Shown: positions 25,110-38,880, counted from the first letter of the stretch. The stretch: 64,000 nt of DNA from Octopus sinensis (GCF_006345805.1 NC_043024.1:17360001-17424000), one strand, 5' to 3'. Notes: generated by a model not told the origin, from the letters alone. Numbers and translations: made by a program.

Positions 25110-26330
25110 ACTACTCTCTCTCTCTCACACACACACACTCTCTCTCACTTTCTCACACATGCTCTCTTTCTCTCTCTCTCTCTCACACACACATGTGCTC
25201 TCTCTTTCTCTCACACACACATGTGCTCTCTCTTTTCTCTCTCTCTCTCTCACACACACATGTGCTCTCTCTTTCCCTCTCTCTTGCACGCACACACATG
25301 TGCTCTCTCTTTCTCTCTCTCACACACACACACATCTCTCTGTCTCTCTCTCTCTCTCACACACACACACATCTCTCTGTCTCTCTCTCTCTCACACACA
25401 CACACTCACGCATGCTATCTCCCTCTCCTTCTCTTCCATAACAAAACCTCAGGTCCTGTTCTGGTATCAGAAAACTCTATTATTTGTGATGGCAGGGTGG
25501 ATGGATGACAGCAAAATTGGTAAAGCGCCAAAAAAATTACTTTGTTTTTTATTTAATTAGAAATCTTCACTTTTCTCAACAATTCCTTGTGAATATGACT
25601 TGTTGTTGTTGTTGATAAAGTTGTTGTTCTCCTTGTTCTGTTATGTCTCCTACTTTCCCCTTCTTGTTATCATCTTTATTTCCCTGTTTCCAAGATAACC
25701 TTGCATTTAACCCTCCACAAGATCTGGTTCTGACAATATTGGTTCCCTCCCTCCCCTGCCACACCTCTCTCCCACACCATCTACCTCTCCATTAAGGGTC
25801 AATACAATGAAAATTGACCGGAAATGTTGGGCTGTCTATGTCTCTCTTTTTCTCTCTCTTCCCTGTCTCTCTCTATCTTTTCCTTCTCTCTCTCTCTCAT
25901 CCCTCTCTGTCTCTTCCCTCACTCTCTCTCTTCCCTCTCTCTCTCCTTCCTGTATCTTTCTCACTCTCTCTCTTTTCCCTGTGTCTCTCTATTTCTTCCT
26001 TCTCTCTCTCCTTCCTTTCTCTCTCTCTTCTCTGTCTCTCTATCCCTTCCTTGTCTCTCTCGCTTTCTCCCCTATCTCTCTTTTCCCATCTCTCTCTCTC
26101 ACCCTTCATCTCCCTGCCATCACTTTCTCTTTCTCACCCTCTCTCTCTTCCCTTCTCCGTTACCTTCTCTCTCTGTCACTCTCACTCTCCTCTCATCCTC
26201 TTTCTGCTGCTCTCTCTCACTCCTCCTTTCACTCTCCCCATCTCACCCTCTCCTTTCTCGCCTCTCACCACCATTGCAACCATGCTTCAGTTTGTAAAGT
26301 ATCTCCATCAATTCCACATTTCTTTTATTT
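25110..26330. repeat. (CT)n/(CA)n low-complexity polypyrimidine tracts
   Basis: Read directly; source of the SL-rich pseudo-ORFs. Confidence 0.9.
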
Positions 26331-26477
26331 GCTCTCCTTCTATCCCTTATGTCCTTACACACACACACATACACATGCATATTTTACTTACTGGCTCTGC
26401 AGAAAGAGATAGTACCCACAGCCCCTTTCCAGACCCTCCAAGATCAGTAAAACTGGTACCATGAATATTCTGCCTTG

Positions 26478-26688
26478 TTTCCTTTCTACTCTAGGCACAA
26501 AGCTGAAATTTTGGGGGAGGGGCCCAGTCTATTACATCGCCCCAGTACACAACTGGTACATAATTTATCGACCCCAAAAGGATAAAAGACAAAGTCGATC
26601 TCAGCGGAATTTGAACTCAGAACGTAAAGACAGATGAAATACTGATAAGAATTTCGCCCAGCATGCTAACGTTTCAGCCAGCTTGCCT
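26478..26688 (-). mobile_element. SINE family A
   Basis: gcggaatttgaactcagaacgtaaagac...gctaacgtttcagccagcttgcc. Confidence 0.85.
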
Positions 26689-27959
26689 AGTTTCTGCCTA
26701 GTTTACTGCATGTGAACACCTTCAGGAGTGAATTTCCGAAGGAAGATGTCCTTCAGGGAAGAATGACTCAATGGAATGGCTAATGGGAAACCTATGGTTT
26801 TAACCCAACATACGTGATGAGAGACGAGTGAATTGGGAGTGTTTGTCTCCAAAACAGAGAATACTCAATGCATGTTGTTGTGTGTATTATTTAAACTGAT
26901 TTCTTCTCCATAAGATTCAAGTTCCATGCCTTTGCAATCTTCAGGTGTGAACTTTCTATGGTCATTTTATATACATTAAGTAAATCAATGACTTCACATT
27001 CGTTGTTGCTTTGTATTAATCTTTCGACTTTGGGAGGATAAGTTAGCTGATTAAAACATGTTGGTTGTATTTCACATTTTTTATTGTTAATAATCAGTTG
27101 AATATTTAGTTGATTGCTAAACTAATTAGTTTATCAAAAATCTTTTTTTACTACCTGTGACTTTGTCAGTGAATATTCCCTCTATGCTAGCAGTCACTTT
27201 TACCTTTGAGTTTGTTTCTCTGAGCCTAATTGAATCATCAGTCTACAATAACACTTATATTATAGAAGGAGGTACAGATGTGTGTGTGTGTGTGTGCTCG
27301 TGTAGATATACCAAAAGCACAAGTTCCACTGTACCAGGCATATTTCAAAGTTCACAAACAGCAGGTGAACCCATGAAGTTCCCTAGTGGTAGCCAAAAAA
27401 TCCAAAAGCGTCACTCTGAAAGCCTCCATAATGATGAGGAAATGATTTAGTTCAGTGATTTAGGCCAAGATGGAAAATCAGGAAAGACATGAAAGTGCAT
27501 TGTGACCAGTGGTGTATAACACTATCTGATAGTCTGCTTGATACAGGATACCATCATAATCATCATCATCATCATCGTTTAACGACCGCCTTCCATGTTG
27601 GCATAAACATATATATACACACATATATGTGTGTATACATATATATACATATACACATATGTGTGTGTATGTATACTCACACACACACACGCACACATAT
27701 ATACACATACATACATGGCTGTTATCTACTCCTTATGCAGAGTTTGACCACCTCCTGTACCAACACCTTAGAACCATCATGGCATCTGATGTGGTTTTTT
27801 AAACAAGACAATGTTTTGAAAAGACACCCACATAAATTGCATATCTGATTTGGACCACTAAGAGATGCAGATTGGTTTTATATATATATATATATATAAG
27901 AGAGAGAGAGAGAAAAACACAGAGTGCTCTATTTCTCATCTGGCTGCAATCATCAGCTG

Positions 27960-28645
27960 AGTGCCGTGCTTTGCCGAGATTTCGGCCCATTATGCTCAAT
28001 ATCTCCCCACACGTTGGGCCCATAACAGCTGGATGTATTGCATTGCAACCAGACTCATGCCAGTTCTGTAGTCTTATACAATTCTACAAACCTCCTGGTA
28101 ATATAAGCAATACCCTCAACTGCTTTCTTCCCACATTCCTTGATGATCCTCCTTGCAACTGATGCACCAGTCACCTTCAGAAACCTTCTGAGAGAAGCTG
28201 CTGGGAAGCCTCTGCAGCCAACCTCAAATGCAACCAGCTCACAGATGTAACCCTTCTCCCAAATCTCAGCTACCAGCTCTTCATAGTCCAACAGTTTCCG
28301 CTCATGGGCTTCAGCAATGCTCTCCTCTCATGGCACAGTCAGCTCTCCAAGGACCACACGTCTCTGACCCTTATCTACCAAAACCAGGTCTGGTCGGAGT
28401 GCTGACACCACAATGCTTTCAGGCAATGCCTTGTCCACAAACACCTCCCAGTTTCTGTCTTCAACCTGCCGAGGTTTCTGTCTTCTTTTGGCATCACACC
28501 TTGCTTCCCAAATGCTGTCTTGCGCAAGCTCAGTTCAGGCACTTGGTCCTCTCTTGCAGCTGAAGCAACAACATTTAGCACTAAATTACGTCTAAATGTA
28601 TACCATCCAGACTGGAGTGCTTTTGAGCAAGCTGACAGCATGTGT
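27960..28645 (-). mobile_element. Decayed HERO/NeSL-like REL non-LTR retrotransposon 3' part
   Basis: Minus frames: LSACSKALQSGWYTFRRNLVLNVVA and DYEELVAEIWEKGYICELVAFEVGCRGF. The EVGCRGF motif is typical of this REL subgroup. Frameshifted. Confidence 0.8.
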
Positions 28646-29094
28646 TTAAGGCTGCCATACTTATATATATATTTATATATATATATGTATGTATATGTTG
28701 TCTATTGACTTTTTATGCATGCTAGACCACTGGTAGTGAAATTTTTAAAAATATTCACTACATATTTTACGTGTATATATATATATACATACACACACAC
28801 ACACAGAGTCAATTTTTCTCCATTCCACAACCACAGTGATTAAAACTCTCATACAATTCATTGAACATTTACAATTATCTGGAACCATATAAATTACAAG
28901 ACAACAATATGTATCATCTGAAATAAAACGATATTGTAGCTGCGTTAGACCAAGACCAATATGTATTGGATGTATAACAACACTAACCTCCCTCCCCACC
29001 GCCCCTCCACTACATTATAATTACTCATCAACCCCCACACCACACCACCCAATCTGTATTGATATGTATTGGTGTGACAAGCATTTGATCTATC

Positions 29095-29325
29095 CCTCAT
29101 AGCAGTCTTTCTCATAGAGGAGATGGAGGTAGCGTTTCTCATAGACAAGAAGTGGGTGGCATCACTGATAGACGAGGTGGGGCAGTGTTTCACTTAGACA
29201 AGGTGGAGATGGTGTTTCTCATAGACGAAGTGGATGTGGTATTTCTCATAGATGAGGTTGGGGTGGTGTTTCTCATAGACACGGCGGGGGTGCCGTTTCT
29301 CAAAGAGACGGCGGGGGAGTGGATG
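29095..29325. repeat. 27-bp minisatellite (gtttctcatagacgaggtgggggtggt), ~8 units
   Basis: Recurring tttctcataga at ~27-bp spacing; the minus strand reads as 9-aa repeats SMRNTTPTS. Confidence 0.85.
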
Positions 29326-29959
29326 TGAGATTGAAAAAGTGGAAGGCAGACAAATTGTGATGTTTGATAAAAATTAAAATGGTGTTCAAACTTTTCCAAA
29401 CTTGTCCAACATTTTGGTAAAGAAAGCAGAATAATACAGATGGAAACTCTATTTTGTTTTCTCTATAATAAAGGGGAGTGTGCGACTGATATTTGTGGAG
29501 TGGGGTGAGGAATGGTGTTGGAATTTGTCAGTCTGTGAACCACTGTCTGATTAGGTTTTCCAATTCCTTTTCATATTGAAGTTTTGTTTTGTTAGTAACC
29601 AAGTTTTTGCCAAATTCCAACATCGTTTTAATACCTTATATTTATTTCTATGAACTTACAGTCGTGCCAATTAAGACAAATATTAATTGGTCAATGTGAT
29701 TGAGAATGAGAAAACCCATAAAACAGCATCTCATTTCTTTCCTCCTCCTTACTCTGCCAACCGGTCACCTTTTAATTCAAAATCTATCTACAATAAAGAT
29801 TTATTGATGGAAGAGTTTTGCAAACGTAATTAAAAAGATGAAAACACCAGAATCTTAAGTTTGGTGGTCTTTAATTCATTGAAATAGTGAGAACAACTTC
29901 AATAGATTTTTTTATTATTTTGCATACCACTGGTTTCTACACAAGAGGGACAGATAACT

Positions 29960-30430
29960 TTCATTTGAACACATCTTGAAAAGTGAACTCCTCCAGAATT
30001 ACTCTATTCAGAATGAATGGTGGTGGTGGTGACGGTGACGGTGATGGTGGTGGTGGTTGTGACGGTAATGATGATGGTTGTGGCGGTAGTAGTGGTGATG
30101 ATGATGGTGGGGGGGTGATGATGATTCCTGCTGCTGCTGATGATGATTGATGGTGATGGTGATGCCAATGGTGGTGGTGGTGGTGGTGATGATGATGACA
30201 ATGATGGTAGTGTGGTGGTGGTGATGATGATGATAACAATGATGGTAGTGTGGTGGTGGTGGTGTGGTGGTGGTGATGACGACGATGGTAGTGTGGTGGT
30301 GGTGATGATGATGATGACGATGATGGTAGTGTGGTGGTGGTGATGACGACGATGGTAGTGTGGTGGTGGTGATGATGATGATGACGATGATGGTAGTGTG
30401 GTGGTGGTGATGATGATGATGGTGATGATT
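29960..30430. repeat. (GGT)/(GAT) compound trinucleotide tract with higher-order units
   Basis: Repeated gatgacgatgatggtagtgtggtggtgg blocks. Confidence 0.9.
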
Positions 30431-31239
30431 TCTAGTACACATTCTGTTTTTATGGTCCATTGCATCAATTTATTATTCGAAATCAGAAAAATATTATTCA
30501 TTTATCCTAAAAGATATTTCATTTTGTCCATGCAATTAACCGATCGTTTTTACGTAGATTTGATACTGAATGCTTTAGTGCTATAAAAAGTTATACAATT
30601 AATCAAATTATGCAATTATCCAGTGTGTAATTACAAAGAATCATCACTTTTTAATTATTTGCATTTATGTACATTTTAGCTATTTGCATTTGTATGCATT
30701 AGAAACCTTGCATTCAAAAATGTGTAGGAAGCAGTTAGCTTTGAATAACATGTATATATATATATATATAATATATATATATATATACATCACAGGCACG
30801 TGCTGTGAGTAATTGCTCAGGGTAGGCAGTTGGTGACATTTACATAGTAAAATACACAAAAAAATAAGCGAATCGCAGGCATGTGACTGAGTTGGAGGCT
30901 GATTTACTTCTGTGTTTATAGCACGTATAGAAAATGTTGTTGTAGGAATGTACGCAGAACATGTACTACATTATACAAGCATGGCTTAAATACTGAGATT
31001 GAAAAGTAGGGGTGGATTATGCCTACCTAATCTACAAAAAAAATTTAATAGTTTGCATTTTATGCATCGTAATGAGAGTAACCTTCATAATTTTGTTGAA
31101 TTAAGTGCATATTTTGCCATAAAAGGAAAATGTTGCTATTGACCTATTTTATTCAGGGTAGGCACATCCCTGATACATCATCACCATCCTCCTCCTCCTC
31201 CTTCTCCTCTTCCTCATCATCATCAGCATCATCATTCAG

Positions 31240-31625
31240 CATCCACTTTCCATGCCAGCATGGGTTACATGGTTTGACTGAAACTTGTAAGCAGGAGAGC
31301 TGCCTGATTTGGTGTGGTTTCTATGGCTGGCTGCCCTTCCTAATGCCAACCACTCCAGGAGTGTAATGGGTGCTCTTTACATGCCACCAGCATGGGTGCC
31401 AGTTATGCGACACCTGCATTGGCCACAACTATGGTTTCACTTGACTTGATGGGTCTTTTACTCAAGCACGGCATATTGCCAAAAGTCTTGGTCATTCTTC
31501 ATTGCCTCCGTGAGACCCAACATTCAAAGGGTGCTTTTTACGTGCCACTGGCATGGGTGCTAGTTATATGACACATGCAACAGCCATCACTACAACCTTA
31601 CTTGGCTTCACAGCTCTTCTGAAGC
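31240..31625 (+). mobile_element. RTE-tail-like SINE/non-autonomous repeat, family D
   Basis: ctttccatgccagcatggg..., ggctg.ccttcctaatgccaaccac, internal gggtgctttt.acgtgccac repeats. Homologues at 18560-18700, 19640-19780, 41600-41760, 42770-42945 and 51545-51830. Confidence 0.75.
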
Positions 31626-31789
31626 CGATTTATATTAGTACATGCAAGTGCATACACAAACACACACATACACGCAGGCACACACTCACCCACACATGCA
31701 CACACACACATACACACATGCACACATATATATATACACACTCTCACACACACACACACACACACACGCTCGGAGCATTCACCTCCTCT

Positions 31790-32545
31790 ACTAACTAAAT
31801 AACAGAAGGGGCAGACTAGAGGTAGTAACCTCTAGCTGCCCCCTGGGCAGTTGATGGAGTCTATTTTCTTTACATTTTCATGTTTATTGTGCCTGTGCAT
31901 CTTCCACACACAAAAGTTATTTTTCCTGTTAACCTTGACATTGCTGCACCTTTTATGTGTCCATAACTTACAGCAGGTACATCTTTTCTACAGATCGAGC
32001 AGGGCCATCTACCTGAAGGGATTTGTGATTTGTCTGACTTCCTACTTACTAAGACTTTGGTTTTTGCTAGGCTAACTCTAAGCCCCTTCAATTCTAGACC
32101 TCACTTCCATACCTGGAACTTCTCTAATTCTAGTAGTGATTCAGCTATAAGAACAAAGTCATTAGCATAGAAGAGCTCCCAGGGGCAGCCTGTCTTGAAT
32201 TCCTCTGTTATTGCCTAGAGGGCTATGATGAACAAGAGGGGGCTTAGGACCAATCCTTGGTGAACCCCTGCTTGTATCCTGAATTGTTTGCTGTATTTGT
32301 TGCCAACTCTCACCTTACTGACAGCATTGCTGTACATAGTTTGTATAACTCTTACCAACCACTCGTCTATCCCTAATTTCTGCATTGACCACCAGATAAG
32401 GGATTGGGGTAGTCTGTCAAAGGCTTTCTCCAATTCAACAAAAGTCAAGTACAGAGGTTTATCTTTGGCTATGTATTTCTCCTACAGCTGCCTTACCAGA
32501 AATATAGCATCAGTAGTGCTTCAACCTGGCACAAAACCAAGTAAA
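31790..32545 (-). mobile_element. Decayed RTE-clade LINE reverse transcriptase fragment
   Basis: FVELEKAFDRLPQSLIWWSMQKLG...VHQGLVLSPLLFIIAL; GCPWELFYANDFVL; GLRVSLAKTKVL; followed by Cys-rich WPCSICRK...FVCGRC. Confidence 0.9.
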
Positions 32546-32556
32546 TATATATATAT

Positions 32557-32604
<48 letters not shown>

Positions 32605-32842
32605 TTATATTTATTTAGGTATATGTATATTTGTGTGAATGTGTAAATAGTTATATGTATAGTTATATATGTGTGTGTATATATCCATATATGTGTGTGT
32701 GTATATATGTATATATGTATGTATTATTGTTATTATTATTATCATTATTATTACTATTATTATTTAAAATAGTTTGATTTGACTCTATGCAACTTCAAGT
32801 TTCGCAAGCTTCTTGTAGAAACATCTCTCTATCAGGCTTATA

Positions 32843-32875
<33 letters not shown>

Positions 32876-33122
32876 ATATATGCATGTATGTATATACATA
32901 CACATTTCCATACATCTAGATCACACACACCCCTCTAACATACCCCGCATCCTCATCAATCATCTTTCACCCCAACTGCCTAATCATCCATTTATCACTA
33001 TCCAATAATCTTATTTAATCTTGTTACTGCTGGCCATTCTTGGTGCTGATTCAATCTGCAGGAACTGCATTTCTTGTCAAGCATGCAATTGATGCAGTGG
33101 CTACTGCACAAACCATTTTCTA

Positions 33123-33164
<42 letters not shown>

Positions 33165-33585
33165 GGCGCAGGAGTGGCTGTGTGGTAAGTAGCTTGCTTA
33201 CCAACCACATGTTTCTGGGTTCGGTCCCACACCTTGGGCAATTCCATTCTACTCTATCCTCATGCTGACCAAAGCTTTGTGAGTGGATTTGGTAGATGGA
33301 AACTGTGAGAAACCCGTCATGTATATATATATATATGTGTGTGTGTCTATAAATATTTGTGTGTGTCTATCTGTGTTTATCCCCCCACCCCCACCATCCA
33401 CTATCTCTTGACAACCAATGTGGGTGTGTTTGCGTCCTTGTAACTTAGTGGTTTGGCAAAAGAGACCAACAGAATAAGAACTAGGCTTACAAAGAACAAT
33501 TCCTGGGGTCGATTTGTTTGACTGAAGGTGGTGTTCCAGCATGGCCTCAGTCAAATGAGTATAACAAGTAAAAGAATAAAAGAAT
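33165..33585 (+). mobile_element. Full-length SINE family B
   Basis: ggcgcaggagtggctgtgtggtaagtagcttgc head; tail aacaagtaaaagaataaaag. Confidence 0.9.
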
Positions 33586-35903
33586 GTTGGTTGGTAAGTT
33601 ATAGAAATGTGGTTCAAGAAAGGCTTATAAACAGTAATATTCACACAATCATGAATATTAATAACTCATTTACATATATTAATATTCAAACATTTAAATA
33701 TATTAATATTAAAACATTTGCCCATAGTACTTATTGCAACATTAAAGTATATTTTTATGTTTTAGCAAGTTATTTTTACAGAAATAATACACAGAATAAA
33801 ATAATGGCATCTCTTCCTTTCTCTCTGTTCTCTCATTGTTTTTATCTTTTCACAAGAATTTTACAGAACAGCAGTTCTATCTTCTAATCTGGCACTACGA
33901 TTCTCAGATTGGTGTTCTACAAATGCCATGCTCCATGTTTTGCAAACAAAGGGAAAAATGCAGATCATTTTATGCATGCAGTAATTTATTATCCACATGT
34001 TCTCATATTACCTCATCCAAAAAGAACCCCACGTTTTTTTTTTTTTTTTAGATATTTGCATGGACTACTGTCACTCCATGTGGAATTTTCATGGAAATTA
34101 CTAAAAAGAGACATTTGTGTGGACTAGTGCCCTCTATATCTAAATTACTAAAGAAGCTGAAGACTTCTAGAATGAAATTATATTGGACTGTCATCTTTTT
34201 CTCTTCAATGATAACACAATATCTGGTTCATATTTTAGTGCTGCAAATATTTTTAGGAAAATATAAATAATTTGCCCAATTTAAATATTTGATTTCAAAG
34301 AGAAATCACATTACCATTTTAACACCCAACACTGCCCCATAAAACCCCTGTTGACAGTTCCCCTTCTCACCTGAACTCACAGTGTTCCCATGGGATATGA
34401 CACTACCAGCCCTGTTAAGAGGACCTGATATTAAAGTTTCCTGTTGAGGGAATGTGACCCTCATTTCAAACATGTTAGGGAGTTAACAACAAGGAACTTT
34501 GTCATTATAAACTTCCACATGGGGCCTACATAAGCCCCTTTGCTAGTTAGTGTGACCCCTTTTTAAGTTCGTAAAATTTTTCTTGCATATTTTGCTACAA
34601 GCACTCATCTAAATGTCACCTGATGTACTTGAAGCAGCAGTCAAATCCCCAATTCCACTATTAGACAAGGAAGGACAACATTTGATAATGTAATCTTATT
34701 GATGCTAACTGGATGATGATGACAGGATGGATTGATCATGGCTGGAAGGTCTTTGATAATAGAGCTTAGTCTGTCAATTCAGTTAGACATGTTTTCAGGT
34801 TCAATTCCAGTCTGTCCCATTTTGGGCCAGTGTTTTCTTTATCTTCTACCTCAGATCACCCTTGTGAGTAATATTTGGTTGATGAAAACTTGGATAGAAA
34901 TACTTATGTCAGAGCCAAGAATTCATGTTGCTGGTTCGTTTACTTAATCTGGGGCCCACTGTAAGAACCCCACTACCATTGCTTCCTCTGTTACCACTTG
35001 CACTTTGGGTGGGCCTTCAATGTTGTCCACTCTGTGCATTTATTCACTCCCACCAGAGGGTCTGAAGTGGATTGGGAACACTGATCACCCATCCCCTGAT
35101 TAAACCATTACAAAACAAAGAGGGGAGAAAATAGCAATTATCACTTTATCTTATAATTAAGGTTTGATGGAGGTTGGGGAGGGCATTACCCTTGACCATT
35201 TGTGGAACATAACAAAGCGATGGGAGAGAATTGGTCACAATAGAAAGACATTACTCTAAGACACTCAAGTACCGGATAGTGGTGTTAAATGAGATAATGG
35301 ATTAAGACTATAATCCAGGTAATCCACAGTAGGATTTGAACTTAGAATGTAATGAGAAGTCATAGGTAATGCAAAACATCTTCGCTGATGCTCTAAAGTT
35401 GATCTTGGGTTAAATAATAGCAATAGTTGACTTGAATTGAACAGTTACATGAAGTAGTAACTGCTGCTGCTGCTGCGACTGTTGCTGATGCCAGTGCATC
35501 TGTAGGTGTGAGGTTGCAGAAGCTAGTTAAGCAAAAACGACTTAAAAGTTCTCTGCTACCCACTTTATTTTTGTTGCTTCTACATTATTTCGTAATAAAA
35601 GACTAATTAGTCAGCTCAATATCTTAGAATTAATGTCAGTGTTCGTTATCTCTTTGTCATTTCCTGCATTGTCATCTGATGTTTGTTACAATTGCAGCAA
35701 GAGGTTAATGAGTGCAGTGGCTTAATGGCGTGTGGTGCAACACACTTAATAATTCACAATCTCTTAGCTCAAGAGTACATCATCTAATAATGGATTTCCA
35801 CCAATACGTTTGTCTAACACAGATGCATACATAGAAACAGGATGGAAATACACACACACACACAGATGCTCGCATATATATGTATGTAAATACATACATA
35901 TAC

Positions 35904-35957
<54 letters not shown>

Positions 35958-36211
35958 CATATATTATATGAGTATATATATGCATATATATATATATATA
36001 TAGTTGTGTATGGGTGTCTGTATGTATAATATATTTTATATATGTATATGAAAGAGTGTGTGTATGAAAGCAGGTTGGTGCTTGTAGTTTTGTATGTATG
36101 CATATAATGTGTTGTTTTATGTGTATATAAATGTGAGCGTGCATATATGTATGTATGTACGTATGTATGTATATACACATTATATCTATTTATTTATTTA
36201 TCTATCAATCT

Positions 36212-36275
<64 letters not shown>

Positions 36276-36581
36276 ATATATATATATACACATACACCCC
36301 CCACACGCATATATGTATTTATATACATACAGACATACATACATGCATGCATACATATATACATATATGCATGCATTGTACACAGCACACATATATGTTT
36401 ATATAGGTTTGCATGTGTTTATATGTTTATGTATATATATATATGCATTATTCTCTACTGACATATCAACAATAAAAATATCTATTGTAAGTAACATCTT
36501 CCAACATGAAAACCTGTGTTTTCGTGTGTGTACATGCGTATACATGTGTATTATGCACATCTGTATGGGCATATGTATATA

Positions 36582-36642
<61 letters not shown>

Positions 36643-36712
36643 CTATACATATATAACTATATATATATATATATACACACACATATAGTTTTCATGTATG
36701 TATACACATGTA

Positions 36713-37123
36713 GGCACAGGAGTGGCTGTATGGTAAGTAGCTTGCTTACCAACCAGATGGTTCCAGGTTCAGTCCCACTGTGTGGCACCTTGGGCAAGTG
36801 TCTTCTACTATAGCCTTGGGCCGATGAAGGCCTTGTGAGTGGATTTGGTAGAAAGAAACTGAAAGAAGCCCGTCGGATATATATTGTATATATATATGTA
36901 TATGTATATATGTCTGCGTATCTGTGTTTGTCTCCCCATCATTGCTTGACAACCGATGCTGGTGTGTTTACATCCCTGTAACTTAGCTGTTTGGCAAAAG
37001 AGACTGATAGAATAAGTACTAGGCTTACAAAGAATAAGTCCTGGGGTCGATTTGTTCAACTAAAGGCAGTACTCCAGCATGGCCGCTGTGAAATAACTTT
37101 TACAAGTAAAAGAACAAAAGAAT
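36713..37123 (+). mobile_element. Full-length SINE family B
   Basis: Head, B-box ggttcagtccc, body and tail are all present. Confidence 0.9.
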
Positions 37124-37219
37124 ATCTGCCTATAGGCCCTTGCTTTTAAGTTTTCTGTATAGGTTTACTCCCTGAACATTTTTAAATCCTTAAAAAAATC
37201 AACCTACAGGGTGACTGGT

Positions 37220-37560
37220 AAAGTCCCCCTTCAGTAATGACTGAGCATGGGATTGCACCTAGAAAGTTTCCCTCCAAGGCACAAGTCCAGACAAGGTTGA
37301 TTATGGAAGGCAAGCAGTCGCCCATGCATACCTGCCTCCCCTCTCTTCACCACCGGTGATATCAAGGGGAAAGGCAAAGGGGCCAATACAGCTTGACACC
37401 TGTGACATCACAGCTCGCTTCTACAACTGAGTCAACTGAATCTATGTGAAATGAAGTGTTTTGCTCAAGGACACAACACACAGTCCAGTCTGGGAATTGA
37501 ACCTGCTACCTCATGATTGTGAGCCCAACGTTCTAGCCACTGATCCATGTGCCTTAGCAG
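37220..37560 (-). mobile_element. SINE family C
   Basis: Reverse complement of 15625-15995 (ttgctcaaggacacaacacacag...gggaattgaacc). Confidence 0.85.
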
Positions 37561-38231
37561 GGTGTTTATTATGATAGTGGGCATGGTGTTCTGCAGAGCC
37601 AGGGTCACTCTCTTGTCCTGGTCTGGTGAGTCATTAGGATGTAGGATTTTTAATGGAGCAATCTTTGCTTAGATGAACGGCAACAGAACTGAAGCTCTGG
37701 CTTCGTTGAGGTGTCTTTGAGTGACATGTTATTCTGTGACATGTTAATTAACCCATAGGCAGGACCCTAACAGGTGCTAGCTGTGAGTCAAGATATACCT
37801 GGATACATTAGACAGGTGCTAACTCTAAGTCAGAGTATATTCGGAAACAATAGACAGATGCTAGGAGTCAAACTGGAAACAATGGTTCTACATTCCACTG
37901 AATGCTGAAACTCTTGCACCAAGGTTCAGACAAAATACAGGCACAAGAATGATACAAATGGCTATGAGAAAACATGGCCCCATAATTCATTTAGAGCAAA
38001 ATATCATTAACAAAAGAAGATAATTTATCCTGCCTCCTTCATTTGAAGCTGGAATAAGGAATATTACCTGAAGAGCCATGCTGAAGTGAAACAAAGTGTT
38101 TAGCAATATATATAACAGTGGAATATCCAGCCATTAACATATGTGTGTGTTTATATGTGTGTATATATATTTATATATGTTATCTATATGAATATATGTA
38201 TATATATATATATATATACATACACACACAT

Positions 38232-38274
<43 letters not shown>

Positions 38275-38768
38275 TACATCTAATCTTCCTCTAACATGTC
38301 GGTCTTACCTTTACACTTTTGTTGGTCATCAATTTTCAGTTTGTCTAGAATTTTTATTTTTGCTCTTTGTTTTGTTTCCTTTTTTGTTGTTTTTGCTTTT
38401 TATTTTTCTTTGTTCATCTAATCTCTTTATTTCATTGTCATCACCATCACCACCACCACCATCATCATCATCATTTCTAAAATGTTCTTTATTGATATAA
38501 TTGGCAATGTTGTTCCAGTTCTAGCTGTTATTGTTATTACAATAAACGTAACAATTCTAGTTATCTATTATTGTTGTTGTTGTTGCTGTTGTATTATCGT
38601 TTATAATTTTACTAATGCCGGCAGACTTCTTTCACAACACACTTAATAAAGTTGATTAATTTCACCAGCCATTATCGGATTTGCTTCCTCGCCTAGATTC
38701 CTCATTCTTCTTTTAGCTTATTACACTTGTTATGCTTCATAGCATCTATATACATGCATGCATGTATG

Positions 38769-38809
<41 letters not shown>

Positions 38810-38880
38810 AACCCATGCTAGCATGGAAAGCGGACGTTAAATGAATGAAATGAATGATACATATATATATATATATATAC

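Noticed and set aside
25807-26464. 201/216-aa Ser/Leu-rich ORFs
   Set aside because: Translations of (CT)n low-complexity sequence.
29095-29325. CRISPR-like periodicity of the 27-bp repeat (also the 137-bp and 166-bp arrays)
   Set aside because: Units are contiguous with no unique spacers, there are no cas genes, and the context is eukaryotic.
29961-30501. His/Pro-rich ORFs
   Set aside because: Trinucleotide (CAC/CAT) tract open in several frames at once; no unique coding sequence.
35764-36688. Cluster of overlapping YI/CV/HT-repeat ORFs (also 4.2-4.8, 11-12, 17, 22, 38.7-40.9 and 62.5 kb)
   Set aside because: Artefacts of (TA)n/(CA)n microsatellites lacking stop codons.
38060-38110. CTGAAGA-GC...GT-GAAAC-AAAGT-GTT hammerhead-like string
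   Set aside because: Stem II is only 2 bp and stem I is unpaired at the core; at best a heavily decayed relic.
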